In this document: piece after piece, positions 58,606 through 61,764 of the stretch
Numbering within the stretch: position 1 is the first letter of the stretch
Layout: each line of letters opens with the position of its first letter
From: Pseudomonadota bacterium
GTDB taxonomy: Bacteria > Pseudomonadota > Alphaproteobacteria > Sphingomonadales > SMXR01
Assembly: GCA_022566215.1 (NCBI GenBank)
Contig: JADFJJ010000005.1
Location: forward strand, 1-61,764
Direction: 5' to 3'
DNA: 61,764 nt
The notes under the pieces: model-generated
What the model was told of the DNA's origin: nothing
What the model saw: only the letters and a program-made list of their open reading frames with translations
Database searches by the model: none
Position numbers and translations under genes: made by a program

Positions 58606-58731
58606 TCACTCCGCTCCTGAAAATTTAGGATCCTTGCTACCCCCTAATATAGGGGAGAATGCTCCAATGCAGAAGGGATGAGGAGAATTTTCGTGAAAAA
58701 AGCAACAAAAAGTCCGGGCCGGGAAATTTAT

Positions 58732-59268
58732 TTACTTGGTTTCATCGGGAAGTGAAAAGCGTCCCCTGACCCGTCCGATTTGCATGGTCTCGGCATCAAA
58801 CGGGGCGCCGTTGAATTTGCTCAGGCCGGTTCCCAGATCAATTTCCAGACGATCGCCGGAAATGACCGATTGTTCCCGGCGCAGCGTTACGTTGCCGGCA
58901 ATCGTAATTGTCTTGCTCTTGATGTCGTAGATAGCCCAGTCTCCCTCGGCCACTTCGGAGGGTGATTCCATCCTGAACCGGCCAGCGGCATCCAGGCGGA
59001 CGATCGAGGGTTCGTCTTTGCCTTTTTTGGTTTCATAAAAAACCCGCAGGGTTTCGGTGGTGAAGATCAGGTTTCCCTGGGTGGCCTCGACCCTGCCTTC
59101 AAAGGTGGCGATCTTGGCGTCCTGATCGATGGTGAAGTTATCAGCGACGATTTCAATCGGTTGTTCGGTATCGTGCCCGTTGAAGAGCGAATCGGTATCA
59201 GCGATACTGGCAACAGCGCTTCCCAGCACCAGTAGAACAGTGTAAAAAAGTATCCTCAAAATTTTCAA
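58732..59268 (-). CDS. lptA: LPS transport periplasmic protein LptA (OstA-like)
   Basis: 178 aa; signal peptide, then EQPIEIVADNFTIDQDAKIATFEGRVEATQGNL, typical of LptA. Confidence 0.82.
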   Translation of the reverse strand: MKILRILFYTVLLVLGSAVASIADTDSLFNGHDTEQPIEIVADNFTIDQDAKIATFEGRVEATQGNLIFTTETLRVFYETKKGKDEPSIVRLDAAGRFRMESPSEVAEGDWAIYDIKSKTITIAGNVTLRREQSVISGDRLEIDLGTGLSKFNGAPFDAETMQIGRVRGRFSLPDETK

Positions 59269-59402
59269 ATCACGGCCTTTTCAAAACCAGCGTCCGACTC
59301 GGAAAGATAAAAACGCATTTGGACTGGATGGATCTGCCTTTGCTCCGGTCCCTAATACCAGAGGTGGGTTTGATTCTCAACTCAGAAAATAACCGGCGGC
59401 GA

Positions 59403-60017
59403 TCAGGCGTGGCTGAAAATATCGGTTGCTTCCCAGCCAAGCAAGTCCATTTCGGCCCGCGCCGGCAGGAACATAAAGGCGGCCTCGGCCAGATGGGTAC
59501 GGCCTTCACGTTTCAAAAGTTTGTCCAGCTTCGCTTTCAGCTGGTGCAGATAAAGAACGTCGCTGGCGGCGTATTCCAGCTGGGCCTGGTCATAGATTTC
59601 CGCTCCCCAGTCCGAGCACTGCTTGGTTTTTGAAATTTCCACTTCCAGCAGGTCGCGGCACAAATCCTTCAGGCCGTGACGGTCAACCGAAGTGCGGCTG
59701 AGTTTGGAAGCGAGTTTGGTGCAGTAAACCGGCGTGGCCTTGACGCTTAAGTATTTCTGGATCACCGCCAGATCAAAGCGGGCAAAATGGAAAATTTTCA
59801 GGATCCCCGGATCGCCAAGGATTTTTTTCAGGTTGGGAGCCTGGTAGGCGTCCTTTTTCAGGCGCACCAGGTGGGCATCGCCATCCCCAGCCGACAGCTG
59901 GACCAGGCACAGCCGGTCACGGTGGGGCTTGAGGCCCATGGTCTCGGTATCAACCGCGATTACTTTGCCAAGCTTGACGCTTTCCGGCAAATCCCCTTCG
60001 TGAAAATTAATCGCCAT
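59403..60017 (-). CDS. RNase D-like DEDD 3'-5' exonuclease (single-domain)
   Basis: 204 aa; VIAVDTETMGL (ExoI), ExoII/III motifs (YAASDVLYLH). Confidence 0.85.
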   Translation of the reverse strand: MAINFHEGDLPESVKLGKVIAVDTETMGLKPHRDRLCLVQLSAGDGDAHLVRLKKDAYQAPNLKKILGDPGILKIFHFARFDLAVIQKYLSVKATPVYCTKLASKLSRTSVDRHGLKDLCRDLLEVEISKTKQCSDWGAEIYDQAQLEYAASDVLYLHQLKAKLDKLLKREGRTHLAEAAFMFLPARAEMDLLGWEATDIFSHA

Positions 60018-60029
60018 TGGTTTTTCCTA

Positions 60030-60145
60030 ATTCATGCGCTGCTTGCCAGAGCCCGCCGCCGCATAAAGCTATGGCGAGACACGCCGCTTCACTATTACAA
60101 GTTTCGGCTCGGGCTTGCCTCGCCGAAGCCTTGTGCGAAGGCGGG
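60030..60145 (-). repeat. tRNA-trailing repeat element (Leu copy)
   Basis: Minus-strand read after the tRNA-Leu CCA: CCCGCCTTCGCACAAGGCTTCGG...GCCGAAACTTG...CCATAGCTTTATGCGGCGGCGGGCTCTGGCAAG, collinear with modules after tRNA-Phe. Confidence 0.75.
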
Positions 60146-60232
60146 TGGTGCCCAGGAGAAGACTCGAACTTCCACGACCATACGGCCACTAGCACCTGAA
60201 GCTAGCGCGTCTACCAATTCCGCCACCTGGGC
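60146..60232 (-). tRNA. tRNA-Leu (anticodon CAG), CCA encoded
   Basis: 87 nt; GCCCAGG acceptor, anticodon arm CTAGC-TTCAGGT-GCTAG, long variable arm, T-arm GGAAG-TTCGAGT-CTTCC. Confidence 0.93.
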
Positions 60233-60353
60233 CAACTCAAGCGTTCGCAGGGCTACTCATAGAAGGGGCGTTTGTCAAGTATTTAGGGTGTCAAAGACCC
60301 CTGAAAAAGGTTTATGATAAGATTATCCGGGAAAAGGAAAGGGAACCGGCGCC

Positions 60354-61310
60354 ATGAGCAATCGACTGGTGACAATTTTCGGCGCCTCGGGCCAGGTGGG
60401 GCGCGCCATCGTTGAGCGGCTTTGCCATCACGGTTACCGCATCCGCGCCACTTCACGCCATCCCAATGAGGCCCTGTTCCTGAAACCCTTCGGTGATCCC
60501 GGCCAGGTGCAAACCACTTTCGCCGACATTTCCCGGGAAGAAACCGTGATAAAGGCCATCGAAGGCGCCAGCATCGTGATCAATTGCGTCGGAATTCTTT
60601 ACGAATCGCGAGGCCGGCAGAAATTCCAGGCCCTCCAGGCCGAAGGGGCGGCGGCAATCGCAAAAGCCGCCAAAAAGGAAGGGGTGCGAACCCTGATCCA
60701 CATTTCCGCGATCGGCGCTGATCAACACTCACCCTCACAATACGCCCGCACCAAATGGCAGGGGGAGAAAGCCGTCAAGGCCGCCTTTCCGAAAGCGGTT
60801 ATTTTGCGCCCGAGCATTATTTTCGGGCCCAACGACAGCTTTTTCAATTTGTTCGCCAAAATGGCCAAAATCCCGGTTTTCCCGATACCCGTGGTGGGAC
60901 CCAAAACCAGGTTCCAGCCGGTTTATGTCGAGGACGTGGCCGAGGCTGTAATCCGCGCGGTCATGAATTCCGGCAAATATCAAGGCAACATTTACCAGCT
61001 GGGCGGGCCTGAGGTTTATACCTTCCGCGAATTGCTGGACTATATGCTGGAAGTCATCGGCGTGAAGAAATTCATTGCCCCGATACCCTTTCCGATCGCC
61101 GGATTTTTCGGCTGGTGGTTTCAGCTGTGGGCCAAATTCCTGCCCATCACCCCGCCCTTGACGCTGGATCAGGTGCAGCTTTTGAAAAATGATAACGTGG
61201 TCCCGGCCACGGCCAAAGGCTTCGAGGCCTTTGGCATCAAACCGACATCAATAACCTCAGTGGTTCCCGGCTATCTGGTGCGGTTCCGTCCCCGCGGCCG
61301 GTTTACCTAA
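60354..61310 (+). CDS. NAD(P)H-binding SDR, complex I NDUFA9-like family
   Basis: 318 aa; N-terminal Rossmann TIFGASGQVGRAI. Confidence 0.85.
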   Translation: MSNRLVTIFGASGQVGRAIVERLCHHGYRIRATSRHPNEALFLKPFGDPGQVQTTFADISREETVIKAIEGASIVINCVGILYESRGRQKFQALQAEGAAAIAKAAKKEGVRTLIHISAIGADQHSPSQYARTKWQGEKAVKAAFPKAVILRPSIIFGPNDSFFNLFAKMAKIPVFPIPVVGPKTRFQPVYVEDVAEAVIRAVMNSGKYQGNIYQLGGPEVYTFRELLDYMLEVIGVKKFIAPIPFPIAGFFGWWFQLWAKFLPITPPLTLDQVQLLKNDNVVPATAKGFEAFGIKPTSITSVVPGYLVRFRPRGRFT

Positions 61311-61764
61311 AAAACTACCCAGAATAAAAGCGCCGCTCCGAACAATACCCGGTAGACGACGAATATGGTCATGCTGGCGCGTTCCAGCCAGGTCATCAGA
61401 AAATGGATCGCCGCCAGCGCGGTCAGGAAAGAAACCGCCGCGGCAAAGGCGGCCCCGGCCAGATCCCCGCCGGTGCCGGTGGTGATCAGCTGGTAGGTGC
61501 TCCAGCTGCCCGCCGCCATGATCACCGGGATCGACAACAGCATCGAAAAGCGCGCCGCCTCGGTGCGCTTGAAGCCAAGCATGCGCGCCGCTGTCATGGT
61601 GACGCCAGCGCGCGATGCCCCGGGGATCAACGCCAGCACCTGGGCCAGCCCGATCATCAGCGCCGGGCGAGCTTGCATATTCTGATAGAATTTGTCATTG
61701 CCGCCCTTCTGGTCGGCGAGGTAGAGCAGTAGCCCAAATCCGATCGAGGCGGCGGCAATAATAT
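61307..61764 (-). CDS. uppP: undecaprenyl-diphosphate phosphatase (partial; 5' end beyond the window)
   Basis: The frame is open to the window edge; LIGLAQVLALIPGASRAG motif and C-terminal helices of BacA/UppP. Confidence 0.88.
   Translation of the reverse strand, partial: IIAAASIGFGLLLYLADQKGGNDKFYQNMQARPALMIGLAQVLALIPGASRAGVTMTAARMLGFKRTEAARFSMLLSIPVIMAAGSWSTYQLITTGTGGDLAGAAFAAAVSFLTALAAIHFLMTWLERASMTIFVVYRVLFGAALLFWVVF

Noticed and set aside
59270-59509. 79-aa ORF at the position where lptC would be expected.
   Set aside because: It overlaps the 3' end of the RNase D-like gene, is Cys/Arg/Pro-rich, and has no transmembrane anchor or OstA-like sequence.

Overview
This window reads as a core chromosomal segment of an alphaproteobacterium. 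That assignment is inferred from gene content and synteny only: pckA divergent from chvI-chvG-hprK(short)-EIIA(Man)-HPr; ahcY-HK-tsaE-amgK-murU-addB-addA-trxA-folC-accD; ihfB-rpsA-cmk-aroA; lptA/rpoN-hpf-ptsN. I can support about 60 protein genes and 3 tRNAs (Phe-GAA, Ala-GGC, Leu-CAG). I saw no rRNA, CRISPR array, transposase or integrase. Most of the window is housekeeping, and I found no obvious defence or toxin system. The accessory-looking stretch is about 4.2-9.5 kb. There, a full tRNA-Phe and a degenerate copy of its 3' half bracket a 3.6-kb islet carrying a molybdopterin oxidoreductase, an ORF with no canonical start, and a small membrane protein. Copper-type genes and a homopolymer-frameshifted secreted protein follow. 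Other points worth a second look: (1) a short structured repeat family directly trailing all three tRNA genes; (2) a pspF / sigma54-promoter / pspABC locus with a long leader holding an unlisted 57-codon ORF; (3) two copies of a GTTAC-N6-GTAAC operator-like site around a TetR gene, next to an orphan plus-strand terminator (candidate small RNA); (4) ribosomal protein S1 with a tandem-repeat-encoded Lys/Ala/Pro tail; (5) lptA adjacent to rpoN with no lptB or lptC. All functional calls rest on motif and family recognition by eye. No database search was run.
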